Origin: Actinomycetes bacterium
GTDB taxonomy: Bacteria; Actinomycetota; Acidimicrobiia; Acidimicrobiales; RAAP-2
Length of the DNA stretch: 64,000 bases
Direction of reading: 5' to 3'
Assembly (NCBI GenBank): GCA_021779855.1
Contig: JAJXZW010000005.1
Location: 23,949-87,948, forward strand
Shown: piece by piece, positions 52,709 to 61,125 of the stretch
How positions within the stretch are numbered: the stretch's first letter is position 1
How the letters are laid out: every line of letters starts with the position of its first letter
The notes under the pieces: model-generated
Databases searched by the model: none
The model's input: the letters and a program-made list of their open reading frames with translations, nothing else
Told to the model about the DNA's origin: nothing
Made by a program: the position numbers and the translations under genes

Positions 52709-53232
52709 CGCGTCACGGCCTTTCGCGTCGCGCCGGCGACCGCACCGGTGCGCTCCTCGTCGGCGACGAGCGCCTCGAGCACGTCGAGCGCCTCGGCCAA
52801 CGTGGCCCGCTGGGTGCGGCCCAGGCGACCGAGGCGGTCCGCCAGCCAGGCGTTCCCCTTCCGGCGCTGCTCGTCGACGAACACCCGCCCCTCGGGGGTG
52901 ATTGCCACGTTCACTCCCCGCCGGTCGATCGGGTTCCGCCGCCGCTCGACCAAGCCGACCTCCTCGAGGTGGTCGGTCGCCCGGGTGGCCGCCGAGGAGG
53001 GAAGGCACTCGGCATCGGCCAGCTCGCCGATCGCCAGCTCGCCGTGCGCGGCCACCGTGGCGAGCGCCGAGTACAGCGCGATGCTCATCCCCGACGGGTC
53101 CTGACGCCGCAACTGGCGACCCAGTCGAACCATCGTCACCCTGAGCCTCCCGGCAAGGGCCGAGGGCCCGGTGGCATCCCTCGGTGTGGCCACACCGCCA
53201 CGGCGGGCGGCTCGTGGGTTCGACAGCGTCAT
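52705..53232 (-). CDS. MarR family regulator
   Basis: LADAECLPSSAATRATDHLEEVGLVERRRNPIDRR; GGAGGTG RBS. Confidence 0.88.
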   Translation of the reverse strand: MTLSNPRAARRGGVATPRDATGPSALAGRLRVTMVRLGRQLRRQDPSGMSIALYSALATVAAHGELAIGELADAECLPSSAATRATDHLEEVGLVERRRNPIDRRGVNVAITPEGRVFVDEQRRKGNAWLADRLGRLGRTQRATLAEALDVLEALVADEERTGAVAGATRKAVTR

Positions 53233-53339
53233 CGGCCACCTCCATGTGCGGCAGAGTTCTGTACAACGGATAACTACTGCGAAGCATACTCATCCGTGGA
53301 CGCGCCCGGGTCGACGGGCGCCCGCCCCCCGCACGGTCC

Positions 53340-53727
53340 GAGCGCCCACGCCAACGACGAGCACCGCGGCGACGGCACGGGCCCTCACGCCCGCGCCCGG
53401 TGCCTCGTCGCCTACGGGCCCCGTGACGTCGCGGTCGCCGCCATCACGGTGTGGTCGGCCGGCACCGGGCGGCCGGGGCTGATCGAGCCGATGGGCGTGC
53501 GCCGCGAGCACCGCGGTCGGGGCCACGGCACCGCGATCACGCGGGCCGGGCTGGCCGCACTGCGCGAGCTCGGCTCCTCGAGCGCGGTCGTGGCCACCCC
53601 GAGCTCGAACGCGGCCGCGATCGCCACCCACGTGTCGGCCGGCATGGAGCGCCTCCGGGACCCGGGACCGGCGCCGCGACGCCGCCGGGTAGCCGCCGGC
53701 GCGCCACCGCGACGCGCGGGGCCGTGA
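53340..53727 (+). pseudogene. 5'-truncated GNAT acetyltransferase
   Basis: ARCLVAY, AITVWSAG.GRPGLIEPMGV..EHRGRGHG, TPSSN..AIAT..SAG; no credible N-terminal half. Confidence 0.65.
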
Positions 53728-53728
53728 A

Positions 53729-53757
53729 TTGAACCTAAGAACGCATGTACGTACAAT
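53729..53757 (+). promoter_or_regulatory. Leaderless promoter with overlapping GntR(HutC)-type palindrome
   Basis: TTGAAC-N17-TACAAT, TGTACGTACA palindrome at 53746-53755, GTG start at 53764. Confidence 0.8.
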
Positions 53758-53763
53758 TATCGC

Positions 53764-54603
53764 GTGACGCCGCTCGACTTCGTGGTCTCCCTGGCCCTCA
53801 TCTCGGTGGCGGCGGGGGTCCTCGGGTCGCTCGTGGGCCTCGGGGGCGGGGTCGTGATCGTCCCCACCCTCACGCTGCTGTACCACGTGGACATCCGCCT
53901 GGCCATCGGCGCGAGCATCGTCTCGGTGATCGCCACCTCGAGCGGCGCGGCGGCGGCCTACGTCCGCGACCGGATGGCGAACCTGCGCGCCGGGATGTTC
54001 CTCGAGGTCGCCACGACCACCGGGGCGCTGACCGGGGCGTACCTCACGACGCTCCTCCCCGCCCGGTTCCTGTTCGTCTTCTTCGGGCTCATCCTCGCCT
54101 ACTCCTCGGTCGCGACCTTCCGGCGCCGCCACGCCGACGCGCCGCTCACGGCGTCCGACGACCGGCTCGCCAACTACTTCGACCTGCACGGCTCCTACCA
54201 CGACCTGGCGGAGGGTCGCGAGATCCCCTACAAGGTCGTCGGCACCAAGCTCGGACTCTCGATCATGTACGTCGCCGGGCTGGTGAGCGCCCTGCTCGGC
54301 ATCGGCTCGGGGGCGCTCAAGGTACCGGCCATGGACAGCGCGATGCACCTGCCGATGAAGGTCTCCTCGGCGACGAGCAACTTCATGATCGGGGTGACGG
54401 CCGCGGCCAGCGCCGGCGTCTACTTCGTGCGGGGCCAGATCGACCCGATCATCGCCGCCCCGGTGGCCGCGGGCGTCCTGCTCGGGGCGACCGTCGGCGC
54501 CCGGATCCTCGGCCGAGCCGCCAGCAAGACCATCCGGATACTCTTTGTCGTGGTCCTCGTGGTCATCTCGCTCGAGATGCTCCAGAAGGGGGTCCTCGCG
54601 TGA
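53764..54603 (+). CDS. Sulfite exporter TauE/SafE family
   Basis: GSLVGLGGGVVIVP, SALLGIGSGALKVPAM, SSATSNFMIGVTAA. Confidence 0.92.
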   Translation: MTPLDFVVSLALISVAAGVLGSLVGLGGGVVIVPTLTLLYHVDIRLAIGASIVSVIATSSGAAAAYVRDRMANLRAGMFLEVATTTGALTGAYLTTLLPARFLFVFFGLILAYSSVATFRRRHADAPLTASDDRLANYFDLHGSYHDLAEGREIPYKVVGTKLGLSIMYVAGLVSALLGIGSGALKVPAMDSAMHLPMKVSSATSNFMIGVTAAASAGVYFVRGQIDPIIAAPVAAGVLLGATVGARILGRAASKTIRILFVVVLVVISLEMLQKGVLA

Positions 54604-55094
54604 GCGGCGCCGGTCGAGGGCCGGGCCGCCACCCGGCCGGCCCCTCGGGCGCGACGTGGCGGGGCGCGCGTCGGGCGCCCACCCCCGCCGAGGCGGCGCG
54701 CACGGCCCAGAAGGTCCGCCGGGTCGAGCTCGCGATCAGCCTCGTCCTGCGGGTCGGCGTCGTGACGAGCGTGCTCGTCATCGCCGTGGGCCTCGGCCTG
54801 ATGTTCGCCCATCACGGGTCCTACCTGGCGCTGCGCGGGCCCCTCTCCTACCGGGCGCTCACCTCGACCTCGACGTCGTTCCCGCACTCCTTCAGCGCGC
54901 TCGGCCACGCCCTGGCCCACGACGAGGGCCGCGGGGTCGTGGTGCTCGGGGTCTTGATCTTGATCCTCACCCCGGTGCTGCGGGTCGCCGTCGGCGTCGT
55001 GTCCTTCGCCTACGAGAAGGACGCGCCGATGGCCCTCGTCACGCTCTTCGTCCTCGCGGTCCTCGTGGGCTCGTTCTTCCTCGCGGGGGCGTGA
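54600..55094 (+). CDS. DUF1634 membrane protein
   Basis: ISLVLRVGV, GVLILILTPVLRVA; usual partner of TauE; GTGA overlap. Confidence 0.85.
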   Translation: MSGAGRGPGRHPAGPSGATWRGARRAPTPAEAARTAQKVRRVELAISLVLRVGVVTSVLVIAVGLGLMFAHHGSYLALRGPLSYRALTSTSTSFPHSFSALGHALAHDEGRGVVVLGVLILILTPVLRVAVGVVSFAYEKDAPMALVTLFVLAVLVGSFFLAGA

Positions 55095-55843
55095 TGGCGG
55101 GCGTGCTGGACCGGTCGAGCCCGCTGCCCCTCTGGGCCCAGACGGCCGAGGACCTGCGCCGGCGGCTGCTCGAGGGCGAGTTCACCGAGCGCTTCCCCAC
55201 CGACGAGGAGCTGACCCGCGCCTACGGGATCAGCCGCCAGACCGTGCGCGAGGCCGTGCGCCACCTGGCCGCCGAGGGGCTGGTCGTGCGCCAGCGGGGG
55301 CGGGGCTCGTCGGTGACACCCCCGGTCCTCGAGCAGCCCCTGCACTCCCTCTACAGCCTGGCCTCGACGGTGCGCGCCGGGGGCATCGAGGAGCGCAGCG
55401 AGGTCCTCGCCGCGCGACGCCAGCCGGCGGCGGCCGACGTCGCCGCGCACCTCGCCGTCGAGGTCGGCGACGAGGTCGTCTACATCGAGCGGCTCCGCTT
55501 CGCCGGGGCCGAGCCGATCGCCTGGGACCGGTCCTCGCTCCGGGGGGACCGGGCCGGAGGGCTCCTCGAGGCCGACCTCTCCAGCGGTGGGCTCTACGAA
55601 CTCCTCGTCGAGCACTGCGCCCTGCGCATCACCGGGGGCTGGGAGCGCATCCGCCCGGTCGTCCCCGAGCCCGCCGAGCGCCGGCTGCTGCGCCTGCCCC
55701 CGCGGGTGGCGGCCTTCTCGATCGAGCGCCTCGCCCTCGTGGGTGAGACCCCGCTCGAGTGGCGCCGCAGCCTCATCCGGGGCGACCGCTACTCGCTCGT
55801 CGCCCAGTGGCCGCCGGGCCCGCGGCCGAGCGCCGGAGGCTGA
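55094..55843 (+). CDS. GntR family regulator (HutC/UTRA type)
   Basis: FPTDEELTRAYGISRQTVREAV, QRGRGS, UTRA-like C-terminus RGDRY. Confidence 0.92.
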   Translation: MAGVLDRSSPLPLWAQTAEDLRRRLLEGEFTERFPTDEELTRAYGISRQTVREAVRHLAAEGLVVRQRGRGSSVTPPVLEQPLHSLYSLASTVRAGGIEERSEVLAARRQPAAADVAAHLAVEVGDEVVYIERLRFAGAEPIAWDRSSLRGDRAGGLLEADLSSGGLYELLVEHCALRITGGWERIRPVVPEPAERRLLRLPPRVAAFSIERLALVGETPLEWRRSLIRGDRYSLVAQWPPGPRPSAGG

Positions 55844-55857
55844 GCCCCGGGGCCGAG

Positions 55858-55901
55858 CGGCCGCAACACCGCGACGCCGCGGCCCCGCGGTGTTGCGGCC
55901 G
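55858..55901. terminator. 16-bp perfect-stem hairpin after gntR
   Basis: CGGCCGCAACACCGCG-N12-CGCGGTGTTGCGGCCG; no U-tract. Confidence 0.6.
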
Positions 55902-55913
55902 TCGCCCGCTCCT

Positions 55914-55931
55914 GATACCCTGGGGGGTATC
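55914..55931. promoter_or_regulatory. CsoR/RcnR/CstR-family operator
   Basis: GATACCC-TGGG-GGGTATC: ATA/TAT flanks around C- and G-tracts, 32 bp before sqr. Confidence 0.85.
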
Positions 55932-55963
55932 CTCCGGAGGGTCCGGGGCCAGAGAGGCAGAGC

Positions 55964-57421
55964 GTGGCGCGCGTCGTCGTCCTTGGAGCGGGCATCTCGG
56001 GCCACACCGCCGCCCTGCACCTGCGCCGGGCGCTGCCGCGGGACCACGAGGTGGTCGTCGTCTCGCCCAACCGGGACTGGAACTGGATCCCGTCGAACGT
56101 CTGGGTCGGGGTCGGGCGCATGAGCGCCGAGCGGGTCACCTTCCCCCTCGCGCCCGTATACGAGCGCCAGGGGATCGTCTTCCACCAGGCCCGAGCCACG
56201 GCGCTCTTCCCCGAGGGCTCGGACCGCGAGAGCCGTCCCCACGTGGAGGTTGCCTCCACCGAGCCCGAGCGGGACGGCGCGACGGCGCTCGTCCCCTACG
56301 ACTACCTCATCAACGCGACCGGCCCGAAACTGAACTTCGCGGCGACGCCGGGTCTCGGTCCGGACGCCCACACCGCCTCGGTCTGCACGCCGGCCCACGC
56401 CCTCGACGCGGCGCAGGGACTCCGGGGCGTGATCGAGCGGGCCCGTCGCGGCGAGCGCCAGCGCGTCGTCGTCGGCGTCGGCCACGGGACCTGCACCTGC
56501 GAGGGCGCGGCCTTCGAGTATGCGTTCAACGTCGAGCACGAGTTGCGCGTGGCGGGGGTGCGCGACCTGGTCGAGGTCGTCTACTTCACCAACGAGGCCG
56601 AGTTGGGCGACTTCGGGGTGGGCGGGCTCGTGTTCGGCCACGGCGACTTCCAGACGACCTCGCAGCTCTGGACCGAGTCGCTGTTCCGCGAACGCGGGGT
56701 GAAGGCCGTCGTCGGCGCCCACGCCGATCGCATCGACGAGGGCGTCATCCACTACGAGCAGCTCGACGGATCGGAGAACACCCTCTCGTTCGACTTCGCC
56801 ATGCTCCTGCCGCCGTTCCGCGGGGTGGGGCTCTCGGCCTACGACCGCACGGGCGCCGAGGTGACCGACGAGGTGTTCGCCGGGAACGGCTTCATGCGCG
56901 TCGACGCCGACTACGCAGCGAAGTCACCCCAGGAGTGGTCGGCGGCCGACTGGCCCTCGACGTACGAGTCGCCGCGCTACCCCAACGTCTTCGCGGTCGG
57001 CATCGCCTTCGCGCCGCCCCACGCCATCTCGACCCCGCGCACCAGCCCGCGCGGCACGGTGATCTCCCCGGCCCCCCCGCGCACCGGCATGCCCTCGGGC
57101 GTGATGGGCAAGACCGTGGCGCTCACGATCGCCGACCGCATCCGCCACGGCGCCGACACCCGGGCTCGGCGCGCCTCGATGGCCGACATGGGCGCCATCT
57201 GCGTCGCCTCGGCCGGGGTGGGCCTGCGCCGCGGCTCGGCGGCGGCGATGACGATGTACCCCATCGTCCCCGACCCCGGCCGCTTCCCGGGCACCGGCCG
57301 GTCCATTCCGGACACCTTCGGCGAGATCGGCCTCGCCGGCCACTGGATCAAGTACATGCTCCACGTGCTCTTCATCTACAAGGCGAAGGCTCGGCCCTTC
57401 TGGTACCTCATCCCGGAGTAG
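55964..57421 (+). CDS. sqr: Sulfide:quinone oxidoreductase family flavoprotein
   Basis: VVVLGAGISG, WIPSNVWVG, DYLINATG, TCTCEGAAFEY, PPRTGM, ICVASAG, amphipathic C-terminus. Confidence 0.8.
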   Translation: MARVVVLGAGISGHTAALHLRRALPRDHEVVVVSPNRDWNWIPSNVWVGVGRMSAERVTFPLAPVYERQGIVFHQARATALFPEGSDRESRPHVEVASTEPERDGATALVPYDYLINATGPKLNFAATPGLGPDAHTASVCTPAHALDAAQGLRGVIERARRGERQRVVVGVGHGTCTCEGAAFEYAFNVEHELRVAGVRDLVEVVYFTNEAELGDFGVGGLVFGHGDFQTTSQLWTESLFRERGVKAVVGAHADRIDEGVIHYEQLDGSENTLSFDFAMLLPPFRGVGLSAYDRTGAEVTDEVFAGNGFMRVDADYAAKSPQEWSAADWPSTYESPRYPNVFAVGIAFAPPHAISTPRTSPRGTVISPAPPRTGMPSGVMGKTVALTIADRIRHGADTRARRASMADMGAICVASAGVGLRRGSAAAMTMYPIVPDPGRFPGTGRSIPDTFGEIGLAGHWIKYMLHVLFIYKAKARPFWYLIPE

Positions 57422-57424
57422 ACG

Positions 57425-57571
57425 ATGGACAACGTTCACGACACGATCGCCCGCGCCCCGCTGCCCACCCCGCGCACGCTGCGCCGCCGCCGGAACCTCG
57501 CCTACCAGACCTGGCGCTTCGTCGCCACCAACCTCCGTATGATCCGCATGGTCATGAAAGGGAGCCACTGA
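57425..57571 (+). CDS. 48-aa Arg-rich micro-protein
   Basis: MDNVHDTIARAPLPTPRTLRRRRNLAYQTWRFVATNLRMIRMVMKGSH; GGAG 6 nt upstream, GC3-biased codons, TGATG coupling to the next gene. Confidence 0.75.
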   Translation: MDNVHDTIARAPLPTPRTLRRRRNLAYQTWRFVATNLRMIRMVMKGSH

Positions 57572-57885
57572 TGACCGAACGAGCGACGAACGCCTCACCC
57601 GAGGCGCCCCGGGGACCCGGCGCGCTGCGCGACCCGGACCAGGCGCGCGCCGTCGCCACGCGGCTCAAGCGCGCCCAGGGCCAGATCGGCGCCGTCGTGC
57701 GCATGATCGAAGAGGGGCGCAACTGCGAGGAGATCGTGACCCAGATCGCGGCCGTCTCCAAGGCCGTGAACACCGCGGCCTTCACGATGCTCACCTCGAG
57801 CATGCGCGAGTGCCTGGCCGAGAGCACCGCCGAGTCCTCGGCACTGGCCGACCGGCTCCAGAAGCTCTTCTTGAGCCTGGCCTGA
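57571..57885 (+). CDS. CsoR/RcnR-family repressor, CstR-like
   Basis: RLKRAQGQIGAVVRMIEEGRNCEEIVTQIAAV...SSMRECL; Cys52 and Cys81, no His. Confidence 0.9.
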   Translation: MTERATNASPEAPRGPGALRDPDQARAVATRLKRAQGQIGAVVRMIEEGRNCEEIVTQIAAVSKAVNTAAFTMLTSSMRECLAESTAESSALADRLQKLFLSLA

Positions 57886-57890
57886 TAGCC

Positions 57891-59528
57891 GTGCGCGCGG
57901 TCATCATCGGTGGCGTGGCCGGCGGCATGTCCGCGGCGGCCCGCCTTCGCCGCCTCCTCGACGACGCCGAGATCGTCGTGCTGGAGAAGAGCGGCCACGT
58001 CTCCTACGCCAACTGCGGCCTGCCCTACTACGTGGGCGGGGTGATCAAGGACGAGGACGACCTCCTCTTGCAGACCCCCGACTCCCTCTACCAGCGCTTC
58101 CGCCTCGACGTGCGCGTGCGCCACGAGGCGACAGTCCTGGACACCGCCCGCAAGCGCGTGGGCGTGCGCGACCTCGACCACGACACCACCTACGAGCTCG
58201 ACTACGACGTCCTGGTGCTGAGCCCGGGCGCCCAGGCCGTCGTGCCCCCGATCCCCGGCGTCGAGCGCGCCCTGGCGCTGCGCACCGTCGAGGACGTCGA
58301 GCGCCTGCGCGACGCCGCCCTCGACGCGCGCGCGGCCGTCGTGGTCGGTGGCGGCTTCGTCGGCCTCGAGGTGGCCGAGAACCTGCACCGGCGCGGCATC
58401 GACACGACGGTGGTCGAGGCGACCGAGCAGGTCCTCGGTCCGCTCGACCCCGAGATGGCCGAGCACGTGCTCGCCGAGCTGGTGCGCCACGGCGTCGCCG
58501 TCTACCTCGGCACCGGGGTCGAGGCGGTCGACGCGGACACGGTCACCCTGGCCAACGGGGAGCGCCTCGGCGCCGACCTCGTCGTGGTGGCGATCGGCGT
58601 GCGCCCCGAGGTCCACCTCGCCCGGGCCGCCGGGCTCACCCTCGGCCCCCGGGGCGGCATCGCCGTCGACGAGTACCAGCGCACGAGCGACCCCGCCGTC
58701 TACGCGGTCGGCGACGCCGTCGAGAAGTCCGACGCGCTCGACGGCTCGGCGGCCCTGGTGCCGCTCGCCAACATCGCCAACCGCCAGGGCCGGGTCGCCG
58801 CCGACCACATCGCCGGGCGCCCGGTCCGGCCGAGGCCCGCCATCGGGACGGCGATCGTCAAGGTCTTCGACCTCACGGTCGCCGTGACCGGGTGGAGCGA
58901 GAAGCGCCTGCGGGCCGCCGGCCGGCCGGCCCAGGCCATCCACACCCACCCCAGCTCGCACGCCGGCTACTACCCCGGGGCCAAGGAGATGGCCCTCAAG
59001 CTGGTCGTCGACCCCGCGAGCGGCGCCATCCTGGGCGCCCAGGGGGTCGGCCGCGACGGGGTCGACAAGCGCATCGACGTGATCGCGACGGCCCTGCGCG
59101 CCGGGCTGCGAGCCGAGGAGCTCGCCGACCTCGAGCTCGCCTACGCGCCGCCCTTCAGCTCGGCGAAGGACCCCGTCAACATGCTCGGCTACGTCGCCGA
59201 GAACGTGCTGTCGGGCCTGGGCTCGACGGCCCAGTGGGACGAGGTCGCCGACCTGCAGTCCGAGGGGGCGCTCCTGCTCGACGTGCGCACGGCCCGCGAG
59301 TTCGCCCACGGCCGCATCCCGGGGTCGCTGAACATCCCGGTCGACGAGCTGCGCGAGCGCGTCGGGGAGATCGACGCCGCCGAGGTGCTCGTCGTGTGCC
59401 AGGTCGGCGTGCGCGGCTGGACCGCGGTGCGCATCCTGCGCGCCCTCGGGATCGACGCGCGCAACCTCGACGGCGGCTTCGAGACGTGGAGCCGGTCGCC
59501 GGCGGCCCGCTCCTTGGAGTTCGCCTAG
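57891..59528 (+). CDS. CoA-disulfide/persulfide reductase with C-terminal rhodanese domain
   Basis: IIGGVAGGMSAA, SYANCGLPYY, GGGFVGLE, YAPPFSSAKDPVN, LLDVRT..EF, VCQVGVRG. Confidence 0.93.
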   Translation: MRAVIIGGVAGGMSAAARLRRLLDDAEIVVLEKSGHVSYANCGLPYYVGGVIKDEDDLLLQTPDSLYQRFRLDVRVRHEATVLDTARKRVGVRDLDHDTTYELDYDVLVLSPGAQAVVPPIPGVERALALRTVEDVERLRDAALDARAAVVVGGGFVGLEVAENLHRRGIDTTVVEATEQVLGPLDPEMAEHVLAELVRHGVAVYLGTGVEAVDADTVTLANGERLGADLVVVAIGVRPEVHLARAAGLTLGPRGGIAVDEYQRTSDPAVYAVGDAVEKSDALDGSAALVPLANIANRQGRVAADHIAGRPVRPRPAIGTAIVKVFDLTVAVTGWSEKRLRAAGRPAQAIHTHPSSHAGYYPGAKEMALKLVVDPASGAILGAQGVGRDGVDKRIDVIATALRAGLRAEELADLELAYAPPFSSAKDPVNMLGYVAENVLSGLGSTAQWDEVADLQSEGALLLDVRTAREFAHGRIPGSLNIPVDELRERVGEIDAAEVLVVCQVGVRGWTAVRILRALGIDARNLDGGFETWSRSPAARSLEFA

Positions 59529-59596
59529 CCCCCCGCGTCGCGACGGCGCCCGAGTCAACCCCACCAACCACCAACCACCTCCAAAGGAGACAACAC

Positions 59597-59764
59597 ATGT
59601 GCCACCGGACCACCTGCCGCTCGTGCGGACGCCCGACCTGGTCGGGCTGCGGTAACCACATCGAGCAGGCCCTGGCGGGCGTGCCCAAGAGCGAGCGCTG
59701 CACCTGCGACGACAGCGGGTCGAGCTCGCGCGGCGGCTTCTTCTCGCGCCTGCGGGGCAACTAG
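59597..59764 (+). CDS. 55-aa Cys-rich micro-protein
   Basis: MCHRTTCRSCGRPTWSGCGNHIEQALAGVPKSERCTC...; strong AAAGGAG RBS 7 nt upstream. Confidence 0.85.
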   Translation: MCHRTTCRSCGRPTWSGCGNHIEQALAGVPKSERCTCDDSGSSSRGGFFSRLRGN

Positions 59765-59767
59765 CCG

Positions 59768-60541
59768 ATGACGGCGGCCGACCACTGGAGGACGGCCCTC
59801 GCCGCCTGGGCGATTCCCGAGGGGATCCTGACCCAGGCGCCCGAGAGTCCGTGGATCCACCCACCGGCGCTCTTCGGAGTGCCCGAGCGCATCGCCGAGA
59901 GCCCGAGTCACACCCGGGCGCGCGAGGCGCTCGGCGACGAGGCCAGCGTGCTCGACGTGGGCTGCGGCGGCGGCGTGGCCGCCATGGCCCTCGTCCCGCC
60001 GGCGCGACACCTGACCGGCGTCGACCACCAGGCGGCGATGCTCGAGATGTTCCGCGAGAACGCCCGCCGTCGGGGAGTCGAGTCCGACACCCTCGAGGGC
60101 GACTGGCCCGACGTCGCTGACCGGGCCCCGGTCGCCGACGTCGTGACGTGCCACCACGTCGTCTACAACGTCGGCGACGTGGTGCCCTTCCTCAGGGCCC
60201 TCGACGAGCACGCGCGCCGGCGCGTCGTCATCGAGATGCCCACCCGCCACCCGCTCGCCTCGATGAACGACGCGTGGCGTCACTTCTGGGACCTCGAGCG
60301 GCCCGAGGGGCCCACGCCGCGCGACCTCGTGGCCGTCCTCGCGGAGATGGGCGTCGACGCCCACCTCGAGACGTTCGAGTCGACCTCGACCCGCGAGGTC
60401 GACCCCGAGCAGGCCGTCGCCTTCACGCGCGTCCGCCTCTGCCTGCCGGCCTCGCGCGACGACGAGGTCCGTCGCTACCTCGCCGAGCACCCCGCACCGT
60501 CGACGCGCGCCCTGGCCACGGTGTGGTGGGACCGGACGTGA
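59768..60541 (+). CDS. Class I SAM-dependent methyltransferase
   Basis: VLDVGCGGG, ADVVTCHHVVYNV. Confidence 0.88.
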   Translation: MTAADHWRTALAAWAIPEGILTQAPESPWIHPPALFGVPERIAESPSHTRAREALGDEASVLDVGCGGGVAAMALVPPARHLTGVDHQAAMLEMFRENARRRGVESDTLEGDWPDVADRAPVADVVTCHHVVYNVGDVVPFLRALDEHARRRVVIEMPTRHPLASMNDAWRHFWDLERPEGPTPRDLVAVLAEMGVDAHLETFESTSTREVDPEQAVAFTRVRLCLPASRDDEVRRYLAEHPAPSTRALATVWWDRT

Positions 60542-60588
60542 TCTAGGTCGTCGCGTCGATCCGACCCGGCACGCGCCGGGCGGCTGAG

Positions 60589-61125
60589 CTACTGGCCGGC
60601 CCGGCCGTCGACGCGCTCGCGCAGCAGGTCGGCGTGGCCGCAGTGGCGGGCGTACTCCTCGATCAGGTGCACCACGATGTCGCGCACCTCGAGCTCCTCG
60701 CCGTGCCAGGGAACGCGCTCGCCGAGGTCCTCGATCCCCGCGAGCACCCCCTCGGCGTGGGCCACCTCGGCGCGCCAGGCGTCGAAGGCCTCGGCGACGC
60801 AGCCGGCCTCGGCGACGGCGCCGTTGAAGTCGGCGTCGGGGTCCTCCTCGCTCGCGAAGGGGTCGGCGACCTCGAGCCCCTCGATCACCCGGCGGAACCA
60901 GTGGCATTCGACGTTGGCCGAGTGGCGCACGAGGCCGAGCAGCGACATCGTCGAGGGTGCGACGGAGCGCTCGGCCAGCCCCGCCGGGTCGAGGCCGGCG
61001 CACTTGAGCTCGAGGGTCTGGCGGTAGGCGCGCAGGTAGCCCTCGAGGGTGTCGCGCTCCCCGCGCCCCGGGCGGCCCTCGCGCGGGTCGTCGGCGGGGG
61101 CGACGAACATCCCGTCGGGTCCCAT
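60589..61125 (-). CDS. DinB/DUF664 family protein
   Basis: TMSLLGLVRHSANVE, HLIEEYARHCGHADLLRE; start uncertain. Confidence 0.88.
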   Translation of the reverse strand: MGPDGMFVAPADDPREGRPGRGERDTLEGYLRAYRQTLELKCAGLDPAGLAERSVAPSTMSLLGLVRHSANVECHWFRRVIEGLEVADPFASEEDPDADFNGAVAEAGCVAEAFDAWRAEVAHAEGVLAGIEDLGERVPWHGEELEVRDIVVHLIEEYARHCGHADLLRERVDGRAGQ

